Part shown: piece by piece, positions 7,854 to 17,404 of the stretch
Position numbering within the stretch: position 1 is the stretch's first letter
Layout: each line of letters starts with the position of its first letter
Source: Candidatus Magasanikiibacteriota bacterium
GTDB lineage: Bacteria > Patescibacteriota > Patescibacteriia > Magasanikbacterales > GWA2-37-8
Length of the DNA stretch: 64,000 nucleotides
Direction: 5' to 3'
Assembly (NCBI GenBank): GCA_016182085.1
Contig: JACOYB010000009.1
Coordinates: 1,393 to 65,392 of the forward strand
Program-made: the position numbers and the translations under genes
The notes under the pieces: generated by a model
What the model was told of the DNA's origin: nothing
Databases searched by the model: none
What the model saw: the letters and a program-made list of their open reading frames with translations, nothing else

Positions 7854-8220
7854 TGTCATCCTGAGCAGAGCGAAGGATCTCTGTCCGTTATATTATGCCA
7901 AATCACAATTATTATGTTTATATAATAGCCAGTGTAAGTTTCGTATTATATATAGGAGTAACAAATGACCTTATTAGAAGAGTTGAAGAACATAAGGATG
8001 GAATTGTTGATGGTTTTACTAAAAAGTATAAATGTAAAAAGTTAGTTTATTATGAAAGTTTTTTTCATGTGGAGGATGCTCTTAAAAGAGAAAAAGAATT
8101 AAAAGGTTGGAAAAGATTTAGAAAAGTTAATTTAATAAATATTGGTAATTCGCGGTGGGTAGATTTGTATGATCAACTTACGAGTTGAGACAGAGATCCT
8201 TCACTGCGTTCAGGATGACA
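7854..8220 (+). mobile_element. 367-bp element: GIY-YIG nuclease gene between 32-bp terminal inverted family-A arms
   Basis: Left arm TGTCATCCTGAGCAGAGCGAAGGATCTCTGTC (7854-7885). Right arm 8189-8220, reverse complement TGTCATCCTGAACGCAGTGAAGGATCTCTGTC, 28/32 identical. Mobility is inferred. Confidence 0.7.
7895..8188 (+). CDS. GIY-YIG nuclease family protein
   Basis: YYVYII...LYIGVTNDLIRRVEEHK, FTKKY, LVYYE, A..REK.LKGW.R..K..LI...N..W.DL. Confidence 0.9.
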   Translation: MPNHNYYVYIIASVSFVLYIGVTNDLIRRVEEHKDGIVDGFTKKYKCKKLVYYESFFHVEDALKREKELKGWKRFRKVNLINIGNSRWVDLYDQLTS

Positions 8221-8227
8221 AACTACT

Positions 8228-8470
8228 ATGTATTATGTATATATCCTGGAATGCGTAGACAAAACATTGTATACTGGTATAGCTACGGATTTAGCGCGCA
8301 GGGTAAAAGAACATAATACCTCCAAATTGGCGGCCAAATATACCCGCGGTCGCCGGCCGGTAAAAATTGTTTATACAAAGAGGTTTCGCAATCGGTCTAA
8401 TGCTTCTAAGGCCGAAGCCAGGATAAAGAAAATGACGAGAAAAGAGAAGTTGAAGTTAAGCATAGAATAA
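8228..8470 (+). CDS. GIY-YIG nuclease family protein (UPF0213/YazA-like)
   Basis: YYVYILEC.D.TLYTGI.TDL.RR..EHN, AKYTRGRRPV, A.KAE..IKKM.R..K. Confidence 0.9.
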   Translation: MYYVYILECVDKTLYTGIATDLARRVKEHNTSKLAAKYTRGRRPVKIVYTKRFRNRSNASKAEARIKKMTRKEKLKLSIE

Positions 8471-8473
8471 ATT

Positions 8474-8545
8474 TGTCATTCCCGCCGGAGCGGGAATCCA
8501 GACAATTGTATTGGATACTGGATTCCCATTGCGATGGGAATGACA
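8474..8545. repeat. Inverted dimer of ATTCCC-N8-GGGAAT arms (dRS3-like, family A')
   Basis: TGTCATTCCCGCCGGAGCGGGAATCCAGACAATTGT...CTGGATTCCCATTGCGATGGGAATGACA. Near-identical copy at 55165-55231. Confidence 0.9.
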
Positions 8546-8575
8546 ACCGAGAGAATAAATAATTTCTTAAACTGT

Positions 8576-10234
8576 ATGACTCAAGAGCAAGCGCTGGACA
8601 TACTTAAAACCGGCGCTAATGTTTTTTTAACCGGCGAACCTGGAGCGGGTAAGACGCATACTATAAACGAGTATGCGCGTTATTTGCGTGCCCGCAACAT
8701 AGAGCCATCTATTACCGCTTCTACCGGTATTGCGGCTACGCATTTGGGCGGAATGACCATTCATTCTTGGAGCGGTATTGGCATACGTAAATATTTGGAT
8801 GGGTATGAATTAGATAAAATAAGCTCTACTGAATATCTTGCCAAACGCATTCGCCGGGCGAAAGTATTAGTAATAGACGAAGTGTCCATGTTATCTCCCG
8901 AAACACTGGATATGGCTGACGCGGTGTGCCGCAACATACGTCAAAATGGCGATGCGTTTGGCGGTTTGCAAATTATTTTTGTCGGTGATTTTTTTCAGTT
9001 GCCGCCGGTTGTAAAAAATGAGAATAATTCACAATTACAAACTTCGCTACTTCAGAATAATAAACCCAGGTTTGCCTACGCTTCATCTGCTTGGCAAAGA
9101 GCCAAGCCTGTAGTTTGTTATCTTACCGAACAGCACCGTCAGGATGATGATATATTTTTACAAATTCTTTCGGCGGTTCGGGCTAATACTGTTAATAATG
9201 ATCACTTGTCTGAAATTGAAAAAAGAAAAGTACGCGATGAAAATTTCGCCAGTAAAGCTGTAAAATTATATACCCATAATATAGATGTGGATCGCACCAA
9301 TGATGCCATGCTTGCCACGGTTGTAAACAAACCAATGACGTTTGAAATGACAAGTAAAGGTTCGTCGGCGCTGGTGGCCACTCTTCAAAAAGGTTGTTTG
9401 TCGCCATCTAGTTTAATACTAAAAGTTGGAGCCAAAGTTATGTTTACAAAAAATAATCCTAAAGAAGGCTTTGTAAATGGAACATTGGGAATTGTGGAAG
9501 GGTTTGAACGATATATGAATTTGCCAATCATTCGCACTCATGACGGCCGGCAAATTATGGTAGAAAAAATGGAGTGGAGTGTGCAAGAAAACGGTAAGGT
9601 GCGGGCCGAGATCTCGCAGATTCCATTACGTTTAGCCTGGGCTATAACCGTGCATAAAAGCCAAGGAATGAGCCTGGAAGAAGCGGTAATGGACCTAAGC
9701 GACGTATTTGAGTTTGGGCAGGGATATGTGGCTTTGTCGCGCGTACGGCGCCTAGCCGGCCTGTATTTATTGGGTTGGAATGAGCGGGCGTTTCAGGTGC
9801 ATCCGGAAGTACTAGAAAAAGACAAAGATTTTAGGGTTAGTTCGGAGGCAAATGTAAATGTGTTTTCCGGTATTCCCAAAGAAGAACTAAGTAAGATGCA
9901 TAAAAATTTTGTTAAAGCGTGTGGGGGAGATGAAGTTGATTTGAGTTTGCAAACAGGTGAAGACGATGCACAATACGAACCTATTACTCGCCAAAATTAC
10001 GCAGAAGGATTAGGAAAGAAAAAGAAACCAAAAGCAAAAGGGTCTGGTTACGCAAAAATCAGGGAAAAGCATCCAAATGCGTATAAATCATGGAGTGCAG
10101 AGCAAGACGAAGAATTGAAACAGTTTTTTGCGAGCGGCGTACCCATTGAACAGCTCGCGGAAACATTTGGACGTAAAGAAGGCGCTATATCTATGCGGTT
10201 GATTAAATTGGGACTTATGGAAGGGGAGTTATAA
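8576..10234 (+). CDS. Pif1/RecD-like SF1B DNA helicase
   Basis: GEPGAGKT, TASTGIAA, IDEVSM, GDFFQLPPV, QIPLRLAWAITVHKSQG, GQGYVALSR. Start moved to MTQEQAL because the upstream ATG lies in the repeat. Confidence 0.9.
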   Translation: MTQEQALDILKTGANVFLTGEPGAGKTHTINEYARYLRARNIEPSITASTGIAATHLGGMTIHSWSGIGIRKYLDGYELDKISSTEYLAKRIRRAKVLVIDEVSMLSPETLDMADAVCRNIRQNGDAFGGLQIIFVGDFFQLPPVVKNENNSQLQTSLLQNNKPRFAYASSAWQRAKPVVCYLTEQHRQDDDIFLQILSAVRANTVNNDHLSEIEKRKVRDENFASKAVKLYTHNIDVDRTNDAMLATVVNKPMTFEMTSKGSSALVATLQKGCLSPSSLILKVGAKVMFTKNNPKEGFVNGTLGIVEGFERYMNLPIIRTHDGRQIMVEKMEWSVQENGKVRAEISQIPLRLAWAITVHKSQGMSLEEAVMDLSDVFEFGQGYVALSRVRRLAGLYLLGWNERAFQVHPEVLEKDKDFRVSSEANVNVFSGIPKEELSKMHKNFVKACGGDEVDLSLQTGEDDAQYEPITRQNYAEGLGKKKKPKAKGSGYAKIREKHPNAYKSWSAEQDEELKQFFASGVPIEQLAETFGRKEGAISMRLIKLGLMEGEL

Positions 10235-10246
10235 TTATTTATTTCT

Positions 10247-10873
10247 ATGCGCGAGCAAGAACCATCATTACACAATAAAGATCATTTATTATCAGATCGA
10301 GAGCTTTCAAACCTTGAAATTATTGATCAGATAATGACCGGTAACGACGATAAGCGCCTTCAGCAGCTCAGGGATTTTTTATTAAAGGAAGGTATGAGTA
10401 AAGAGGATATTGAAGGTTCTATTGCTGCGCGACGCCTGAGAGAACAAATCCATAAAGAAGATCGGACTCAGCTTGAAGAGCGTTTAAAAACTCATCCACT
10501 ACCAACGAGCGAAGAGCTTTCAATGGGTGCTTTTGCAGAGGTCATTGAACGGCCAATCAGAAATGCCGTCCTTACTTTGAGACGCAAGGGTTATAATACG
10601 GCTAGTTCTGGTTTTGGGAATTTCAACTATCAAACTCTTCAGTTAAATAGTCCTCAATTTAAAGATTTAGATACGGCGGTAGTTAAAAAATTAGAAGCGC
10701 TCGGAGTCAAAGTGGGTGATGGGAGCTTAAATTTTAAATGCAATCAATCAGATCCAATTAAAATTATGAATATCTGGGATACCATTGCCGCTGCCCTCCC
10801 TTCTTTGGGTGAACCGTCGCCCGACTCGCCGCTCCCAGCTTCTCAAACATTTAGAAATAAATTTAATTTATAA
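10247..10873 (+). CDS. Hypothetical protein
   Basis: 208-aa ORF. IE.PIR.AV..L..KGY.T..S weakly recalls Tyw3-like N-termini. Confidence 0.6.
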   Translation: MREQEPSLHNKDHLLSDRELSNLEIIDQIMTGNDDKRLQQLRDFLLKEGMSKEDIEGSIAARRLREQIHKEDRTQLEERLKTHPLPTSEELSMGAFAEVIERPIRNAVLTLRRKGYNTASSGFGNFNYQTLQLNSPQFKDLDTAVVKKLEALGVKVGDGSLNFKCNQSDPIKIMNIWDTIAAALPSLGEPSPDSPLPASQTFRNKFNL

Positions 10874-10944
10874 AAAATTATTTTATAAAGAGCCCTTTGC
10901 CTTTATAGAAGCTTTTTGTTATCCTTGTAGCAAGGAGGGGGAAA

Positions 10945-11568
10945 ATGCATACCATCAATATCATTGCCGCGGTTGTTACTGTGGTTGTGGCACTGGTCGC
11001 CTTTGTGCGCATGTGGTGGTGCATGCGTAATGAAACAGCTCGCCCCAATGTGTTTACTTGGGTCGTCTGGGCAATCCTGGCTACCGCGCTTCTGAAAAGC
11101 GAGTGGGAAGCAATTGGCGCCACCTGGGCGCTGTCGCTTCTTATCAATGACCTGATTTGTATTTCAGCCACCGCTATAGCGCTGTCTGTGATCGCAATAC
11201 GGAATCTAAAAGCAGGCAAGAAGCAGACCAAGAAAGATTGGTTAAAGAAAAACGCGGTTGAATTGTCTTGCCTGGTAGCAATCATGTTGGCTACCGTTGT
11301 TTGGTGGCTAACCTCGTCAGCGCTTATCGCGCTTATCTGCTATCTGGCAATTGATTTCATAGCTGTAGTGCCTACACTGTATGCGGTCTGGCAGGATTAT
11401 AGAGTTGAAGATGCATGGGAATGGGTCCTGTTCCAGGTGGCCAACACAGCGGTGATCTTGACCGTGCCAGCATTCACCTTCGAGCATTTGGCCTATCCAA
11501 TCACGGTATGCCTTATTGCTTTGGTAGTTAACATGGTGCGTGGGCTATCGTGGTGGATGGATGTATAG
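10945..11568 (+). CDS. Hypothetical multi-pass membrane protein (GC-rich, own promoter and SD)
   Basis: Several hydrophobic helices and RPNVFTWVVW. Upstream TTGCCT-N17-TATCCT (10897-10925) and AGGAGG. Confidence 0.7.
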   Translation: MHTINIIAAVVTVVVALVAFVRMWWCMRNETARPNVFTWVVWAILATALLKSEWEAIGATWALSLLINDLICISATAIALSVIAIRNLKAGKKQTKKDWLKKNAVELSCLVAIMLATVVWWLTSSALIALICYLAIDFIAVVPTLYAVWQDYRVEDAWEWVLFQVANTAVILTVPAFTFEHLAYPITVCLIALVVNMVRGLSWWMDV

Positions 11569-11588
11569 TAATACTGGCAATCTCTAGA

Positions 11589-13052
11589 TTAACGAGATGC
11601 CAGTAAAGGAGTTTTGCCGGTCCTCGTGGCCGGCTTCGTGTTTGTAAGAAGAAAAGTAAATAGGATAATCCCCATTACGTGAAATAAAGCTGGAGAAGTT
11701 AGGTTGATTATAAGCAGCGCAATTAGTGTTACGAGTAAACCTCGTTGTTTATATATAAGCTTTAAGCAGTACGCAATAAGCGCCAACCAAACAAGCAAAC
11801 CAATAATTCCCACCTCGGCTATAATTTCCAAATAGCCCCAATCAAAATGGGGGGTAGTAATATTCTGTTTAAATACCGGACTATATACCGTAACGGTATC
11901 ACCCAAACCATTTCCCAAAATTGGTTTGTCTTGAATTTTTTCCATAATTTTTGGCAGCAGCAGCATACGGCTCAGCGAACTATCTTCGGTTTGCGGCATG
12001 GCAATGCTTTGCAAGCGTATTCCCAAATATTCCAAGCCCAAACTATCACCTTTAGTGGCGGCAACATGAGTAAAAATAAAAATTGATATAAAAATTACAA
12101 AGGCGCTGCCGGAATATAAAAACCATTTTTTCCAGTTTTTAAAAGAAAAAAGAAGTAAAATACCGGCAAACAAAGACATGAAATAAATACGGGTAAGATT
12201 GATCGTAAGAATGGCCAGCAGCATGCCCGCGGAGATTTGCGACAAACCGAGGCTGATATTTTTTTTGGTTGTAATAAACAGTTGTTTGGAAAATAGATAT
12301 AAAAATATCGGTATCATGAGCAGCTGTTCATTAAGTACGATTCGGAAGAAACCCGTGTTAAAGTTTGTAATTTTTCCGCCGGCTACATCTCTAAACCAGT
12401 GATAATAACTGTCCTGCAAGATAAATATGCCGGAAGAAAATCCGACAAGTGTAATATAGGTAAAAATAAAGTTGCCTATAATCGCGGCAAAAACCATATT
12501 AACACTAGTGCTGCGGAAAGTTACCGAGGAGAGTAGTTGTTTAAGTGGAAAATAGTATAAAAAGAATAGGTAGGGAATACAATCGGCTAGAATTAGTTTT
12601 GGATTGTTGCCTAGCAGGTAGCCTTGTACAGCCGATACTGCTACGGCGGTATAAAGTGCGGCCAAAATTAAAAGTATTGGCTTATTTTCAATAAATAACT
12701 TCCATTTTTTGTCGCGAACGGCATGAAAAACAAAAATACCGGCGGCAAATACCAGAAGTATGGTGCGCAGTGATATATTTTTTATCTCTAAAAAGTTCCC
12801 CGCTCCGCCTAAAATCATTTCCGCGGCAATAATTATCCAGCCGCGCATGTCTTTTTTGATTAAAAAATAAACGGCCGCGGCGAGTATGGCTCCGGAAATA
12901 ATCCAATTTATGATGCTGGCCTCATAGAGCGGCGTGCCCGGGCTGAAGAAATAAGAAAAAATGCGGATTGTGAAATATATCATCAGTCCGCCGAGAATTT
13001 GTTTGGTAGATAGTTCTAAGTTTTGCAGCTTTATTTTTAGTTTTGAAAACAT
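11589..13052 (-). CDS. O-antigen ligase (Wzy_C) family membrane protein
   Basis: Many TM segments, S...R, PILGNGLG, YLEIIAEVGIIG. Confidence 0.75.
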   Translation of the reverse strand: MFSKLKIKLQNLELSTKQILGGLMIYFTIRIFSYFFSPGTPLYEASIINWIISGAILAAAVYFLIKKDMRGWIIIAAEMILGGAGNFLEIKNISLRTILLVFAAGIFVFHAVRDKKWKLFIENKPILLILAALYTAVAVSAVQGYLLGNNPKLILADCIPYLFFLYYFPLKQLLSSVTFRSTSVNMVFAAIIGNFIFTYITLVGFSSGIFILQDSYYHWFRDVAGGKITNFNTGFFRIVLNEQLLMIPIFLYLFSKQLFITTKKNISLGLSQISAGMLLAILTINLTRIYFMSLFAGILLLFSFKNWKKWFLYSGSAFVIFISIFIFTHVAATKGDSLGLEYLGIRLQSIAMPQTEDSSLSRMLLLPKIMEKIQDKPILGNGLGDTVTVYSPVFKQNITTPHFDWGYLEIIAEVGIIGLLVWLALIAYCLKLIYKQRGLLVTLIALLIINLTSPALFHVMGIILFTFLLTNTKPATRTGKTPLLASR

Positions 13053-13112
13053 GCGAGCGTTATATATGCAAATTATAGCATTTTTTATTTAATAAGGAAA
13101 ACAAAAAACTTA

Positions 13113-14036
13113 TTAAAGCAGATGAACCTGGTCAAAGTTTTTATAGCCATTTGCAAAAACGCCAGCGCTCATGACAATTTTTCCTTCCAGTTGCAACTCT
13201 AAAACTTTTATAGCATGTTGTCCGCAGCCGATAAAGATATTTCTATGTTCTATAAGTACGGTGCCTGGTTCCAGGGTTCTTTCTGCCCTGGCAATTTTTA
13301 ATAATTTTAATCGTTTATCTGCCCACATGCACCAAATACCCGGCCAGGGAGTATAGGCTCGGTACAGGTTATAGATTTGGTCGGCAGTTTGGGAAAAGTC
13401 AATGCGGCCGTCATCTTTATGTATAAGTTTAGTAAATGTTGCTAAACTATGATCTTGTACTTGGGGGATAATCTCTCCTTCCATATATTCCGGCAGGGTA
13501 TTTAAGAGTAGCGTAGAGCCCGCGGCGGCCATTTTATGGCTTAACGTGGTAAAAGTGTCATCTGCACCTATCGTTACCCCCTCTTCAGACAAAATGGGGC
13601 CATGATCTACCTGTTCATCCATAAGCATTATCGTAACACCGGTTAGCGTTTCGCCATTTTTAATGGCTTCTTGAATAGGCGAGGCGCCGCGGTATTTGGG
13701 CAGCAATGATCCGTGTACATTGATTATGCCTTTGGAAAACGAATCAATGATGCTTTTAGGAATGATGAGTCCGTATTGGGCTACCACAGCTACAGATGAA
13801 TCGGTTAGTGAAGTAAGGGAAAAATTTTTTAAAGTCTCCGGTTGTTTTATAGTTAAATTATGCCGTAAAGCCAATTTTTTTACCGCTGACTGCTCCAAAA
13901 TTTGTTTGCGTCCGACTTTTCGGTCCGGCTGGGTAAAAACCATTTCCACGGAAAACTTGGGATCTTGCAAAAGTCCTTCCAAAATAACGGCCGCAAAATC
14001 TTGCGTGCCAAAGAAAACGATTTTAATCTTGGACAT
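13113..14036 (-). CDS. fmt: Methionyl-tRNA formyltransferase
   Basis: FFGT.DFA, TQPDR.VGR, INVHGSLLPKYRGASPIQ, D.GPI. Confidence 0.97.
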   Translation of the reverse strand: MSKIKIVFFGTQDFAAVILEGLLQDPKFSVEMVFTQPDRKVGRKQILEQSAVKKLALRHNLTIKQPETLKNFSLTSLTDSSVAVVAQYGLIIPKSIIDSFSKGIINVHGSLLPKYRGASPIQEAIKNGETLTGVTIMLMDEQVDHGPILSEEGVTIGADDTFTTLSHKMAAAGSTLLLNTLPEYMEGEIIPQVQDHSLATFTKLIHKDDGRIDFSQTADQIYNLYRAYTPWPGIWCMWADKRLKLLKIARAERTLEPGTVLIEHRNIFIGCGQHAIKVLELQLEGKIVMSAGVFANGYKNFDQVHLL

Positions 14037-14081
14037 ATTATGCTTGAGTTAAGATTAAATACCGACAAAGTATAGAGAAGT

Positions 14082-14576
14082 TTATTTGGCAGTTTCTTCA
14101 AGCGTGTGCAATTGTTTGGCTTTGGAAATAAAGAGAGTGCCGTTTAGATGATCTATTTCATGCTGGCAGATTCTGGCAAAAAAACCAGCGGCCGCAAATT
14201 CAATCTTCTCTCCTTCGGTATTTAAGGCCGTGACCTTTATTTTTTTATATCGCCTGACTTTGCCATATACTTTTGGCACGGATAAACATCCTTCTTCATC
14301 CCAATCACGCAGTATAGATACTTTTTCAAATGTTGGGTTTATTAAAACCAAATCCGTTTTTTTATCCGGCGTGAAATCTTTGGCGATTACGCACAGTTGA
14401 ATTGGTTTGGCTGCTTGGATAGAAGCAATGCCAACGCCGTTTTTGACATACATGGTTTCTATCAAATCAGCCGTAAATTTTTTTATAGCGTCCGACTTTA
14501 TTTCTGCCATGGTTAACTCGCGAGAAGGTTTGTATAGAAGGGGGTATTCTGATTCTTTTGGCACTTTTAAGAGCAT
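14082..14576 (-). CDS. def: Peptide deformylase
   Basis: GVGIASIQ, EGCLSVP, QHEIDHLNG. Confidence 0.97.
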   Translation of the reverse strand: MLLKVPKESEYPLLYKPSRELTMAEIKSDAIKKFTADLIETMYVKNGVGIASIQAAKPIQLCVIAKDFTPDKKTDLVLINPTFEKVSILRDWDEEGCLSVPKVYGKVRRYKKIKVTALNTEGEKIEFAAAGFFARICQHEIDHLNGTLFISKAKQLHTLEETAK

Positions 14577-14577
14577 A

Positions 14578-16515
14578 CTAAGAAAAAGATAAGATTGAAT
14601 TAGGATTAGGGTCTATTTTCCAATTATCCGGTATATGAGAAAGCAGCAGTTTAGTATTTTTTTTGTAATTTTCGTACTTTATTTTGGCTAGTAGTATTTG
14701 CCAGTATTGCCCATTATGGCGATAAGGAGAAGCTTCCCAAGGCCCCATTATTGTAATATCTTGGCTATTTTTGGTCAATTGTGTTAGTTTGGCAGCGATT
14801 TTGCGTGTTTCGGCTAATAAGGCCTCTTCTTTGGGATTCCCAGCCGTAATTTTTACAAGAAATTTGAATGGCGGATAGCCCAGTATACGTCTTTCGTCTA
14901 GCTGTTGCCCGTAAAAGGCAGTTGGGTCAAAAAGGGAAGTAAATACCAAGTGTTCGGGGTGGCTGGTCTGCACCACTAGTTGTGAATCGGCAGGTAAATT
15001 AAATTGAGCATCACGCAACTGTTGCCAAAGATTTTCAGAAATTTTGTATTCTGGAATAAAAAGCGAAGAGTCTGCATCCAGAAAAGCGAGTAATTTTATT
15101 TTGCTCCAATCAAGGCGAGTCCAGGCTAGCTGAGTGCCGATAATTATTTTATCTGCCCCGTACTGAGTCGGACTTGCGGCTCTAGTACCGGGGTCTGCCT
15201 TTGTATCTAGTTTTTTCAATTCGGTTTCATCGCTATCTATGCGAATAATGGGCCGAGTATCATTTTTCGGAACAATTTTTTTGATAAGTTCTTCGGCAAG
15301 CTGCGTGCCGGCGCCAAACATATTGATATTTGTACCTTGGCATTTTTTACATTCCAAGGACATATTTTCCGAGTACTGGCAGAAATGACAGCTTAGTCGT
15401 CCGGTATCTTGGTGATAGGTGAGAGAAAAATGGCAGTTCGGACATTTTAAGACATTGCCGCAATCTTGGCAGCCCACATAGCTTAGGGTGCCGCGGCGAT
15501 TGATAAAGAGAAAAATATCGCCCGTTTTTATTTTTTGAAATGCTTCCAGCAGATCGTGGCTCATCAGAGAAAAGTTTTTTAACCGCCTTTGCGCGCGCAT
15601 ATCCACGATTTGAATTTCTTTTCGTATGGGTTTTATATCAATATGGCCGCCGGCGTATACTTTTTTTTGGGCAAAAAATAGGGTTTCCACGGTAGGCGTG
15701 TGGGATAGCAAGGTGAGTTGAGCGCCGTGACTGGTGGATAAAAACAAAGCCGCATCGCGCGTGTGGAGGCGTGGAGCCATATCCCAGCTTTTATAATTTG
15801 AATTGCCTTCGTCATCCAAAATAATATGCCGCAAATTAAACCACGGTAAAAACAAAGCGGCTCTGGTGCCGATAATGATGTTTTTTTCACCTCGCCAGAT
15901 TTCCAGCCACCCGGTAAACAGCTCCTTTTCGTTGAGTTCGCTGGTAATTACAGTCGTTTTTTCCAAAATATTATTTGGAAGAATTGCCTTGATTTTTTCT
16001 ACCGATCTTAATTCTGGAACTAGGAACAAGATTTGCGAATCCGCATATTTTAATTTTTCTAGGATACTGTTAGTTTTTTCCTCCGTGTTGTTATAGACAA
16101 ATAATTCAGGCTTATGTCCGGTTTGTTTGGTGGAAAGTGTTGGGTTCGTATCCGGAGAAAAATCTTCGGATTGTAATTTTTGCAGTTTTCTTTTTTGCAG
16201 CGGAATTAAATTGTTTTTTAATAAAAATCCCAAAGATACATGGTAAAATTCGGAAATATCGGTTAAAAAGTTTAATTGTGCTTTAGATAGTATTGGTTTT
16301 TTAAAAACTATTTCGGTAATAGGTTTTAATTTTAAATTTTTGTTCGCGGCGCTTGATTCCAAATTAAAAACTACCCCAAATTCTTCTTTATTACGAAAAG
16401 GGATTTTTACGAGCTGTCCGATTTGGATCGTATCTCGGTACTGCTCCGGTACTATGTAATCCAAGAAAGGCAAGGATAGCGGCACTCGCTTGGCCGGAAT
16501 AATTTGCACGATCAT
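14578..16515 (-). CDS. priA: Primosomal protein N' with degenerate helicase motifs and an in-frame palindromic insertion
   Basis: GQLVKIPF, IIIGTR.ALF, NRRG, four CxxC pairs, GAGTQ, YPPF. No GxxGSGKT Walker A is visible. Confidence 0.9.
   Translation of the reverse strand: MIVQIIPAKRVPLSLPFLDYIVPEQYRDTIQIGQLVKIPFRNKEEFGVVFNLESSAANKNLKLKPITEIVFKKPILSKAQLNFLTDISEFYHVSLGFLLKNNLIPLQKRKLQKLQSEDFSPDTNPTLSTKQTGHKPELFVYNNTEEKTNSILEKLKYADSQILFLVPELRSVEKIKAILPNNILEKTTVITSELNEKELFTGWLEIWRGEKNIIIGTRAALFLPWFNLRHIILDDEGNSNYKSWDMAPRLHTRDAALFLSTSHGAQLTLLSHTPTVETLFFAQKKVYAGGHIDIKPIRKEIQIVDMRAQRRLKNFSLMSHDLLEAFQKIKTGDIFLFINRRGTLSYVGCQDCGNVLKCPNCHFSLTYHQDTGRLSCHFCQYSENMSLECKKCQGTNINMFGAGTQLAEELIKKIVPKNDTRPIIRIDSDETELKKLDTKADPGTRAASPTQYGADKIIIGTQLAWTRLDWSKIKLLAFLDADSSLFIPEYKISENLWQQLRDAQFNLPADSQLVVQTSHPEHLVFTSLFDPTAFYGQQLDERRILGYPPFKFLVKITAGNPKEEALLAETRKIAAKLTQLTKNSQDITIMGPWEASPYRHNGQYWQILLAKIKYENYKKNTKLLLSHIPDNWKIDPNPNSILSFS
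15152..15193 (-). repeat. Family-B 42-bp element in frame in priA (PGTRAASPTQYGAD)
   Basis: Minus strand CCCCGGTACTAGAGCCGCAAGTCCGACTCAGTACGGGGCAGA, 36/42 identical to the ddl copy at 31013-31054. Confidence 0.9.
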
Positions 16516-16604
16516 ATTCGAAATGAGTGAATATAAAGTTAGATATATTTAACTTTATATAAGCGAATGAGAATAATGCGGCTTTAGCCCCTATACGCCA
16601 ATCA

Positions 16605-17396
16605 TTAAAGGGCAAAATTTGCCGTGAGATAGCCTACGCCAAACGGAGCTTCATAGGCGTAAGATTTGTAGTTGCTAGAAACACCCTGAAGAATGCCCAT
16701 GAGAATTAAAAATGATCTAAAACCACATTCGGTGGCATTTGTTACCATCGTCTTATCCATTTGCAGCATGCCGGCCAAATTATGACCAGCCAAAAGTTCT
16801 TGGATTTTTTTATCAAATTCCGGTCCGGCGGGGTTGTATCCGGCCGGCGCGTCGGTAATTAAAGCGTGCGATAAATCTCCGGAAGCAATGACGGCTACGC
16901 GTTTGTTTGTTTCAGAAATTTTTTCCTTTATTAAATTACCAAAGGCCACATGTGTTTTCCAATCTAAGTCACAAAAACCGATCGGAATTATTTTGATATT
17001 TTTTAAGTGAGGGGTTAAGTAAATAAGGGGTACCGATGTTCCATGATCAAGATTTGGTTCGCTAATCATCGTAGCCGGTATATGTTCTTGATTTGCCGAT
17101 TCGCGAATTGAAGAACTTAGGTATGTTTCACCATGAAATTTTATCTTTGTGCCCAAATCGCCAAACGCGCGCAAATCGGTTTGATAGGTAGGGTTAGCGT
17201 TAAGGGTAAAGGCCTCTTTAAACGCGTGGCCGTGCGGAGAAATGATAATTAAAATTTCAGGATGAGTAATATATAAATCTTTTTCCATTTGCTCCAAGCC
17301 TATTTTGGTTTTTTCCAACTTTTTCACCGCGCTGTGGCCGATGCTGGGAAGAATAAGGGGCGGGTGAGGGGTGATACCGGCAAACACTAAAGACAT
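16605..17396 (-). CDS. MEMO1/LigB-like (AmmeMemoRadiSam protein B-like) protein
   Basis: PHPP, ISPHG, LDHG..VPL, ASGDLSH, ECG, PFGVGY. Confidence 0.85.
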   Translation of the reverse strand: MSLVFAGITPHPPLILPSIGHSAVKKLEKTKIGLEQMEKDLYITHPEILIIISPHGHAFKEAFTLNANPTYQTDLRAFGDLGTKIKFHGETYLSSSIRESANQEHIPATMISEPNLDHGTSVPLIYLTPHLKNIKIIPIGFCDLDWKTHVAFGNLIKEKISETNKRVAVIASGDLSHALITDAPAGYNPAGPEFDKKIQELLAGHNLAGMLQMDKTMVTNATECGFRSFLILMGILQGVSSNYKSYAYEAPFGVGYLTANFAL

Positions 17397-17404
17397 ATAA
17401 TAAA

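Noticed and set aside
8534-8575. N-terminal extensions in the ORF track for the helicase, ddl (30087) and the nuclease (5192)
   Set aside because: The extensions are encoded by upstream repeats, and the downstream ATGs match the family starts.
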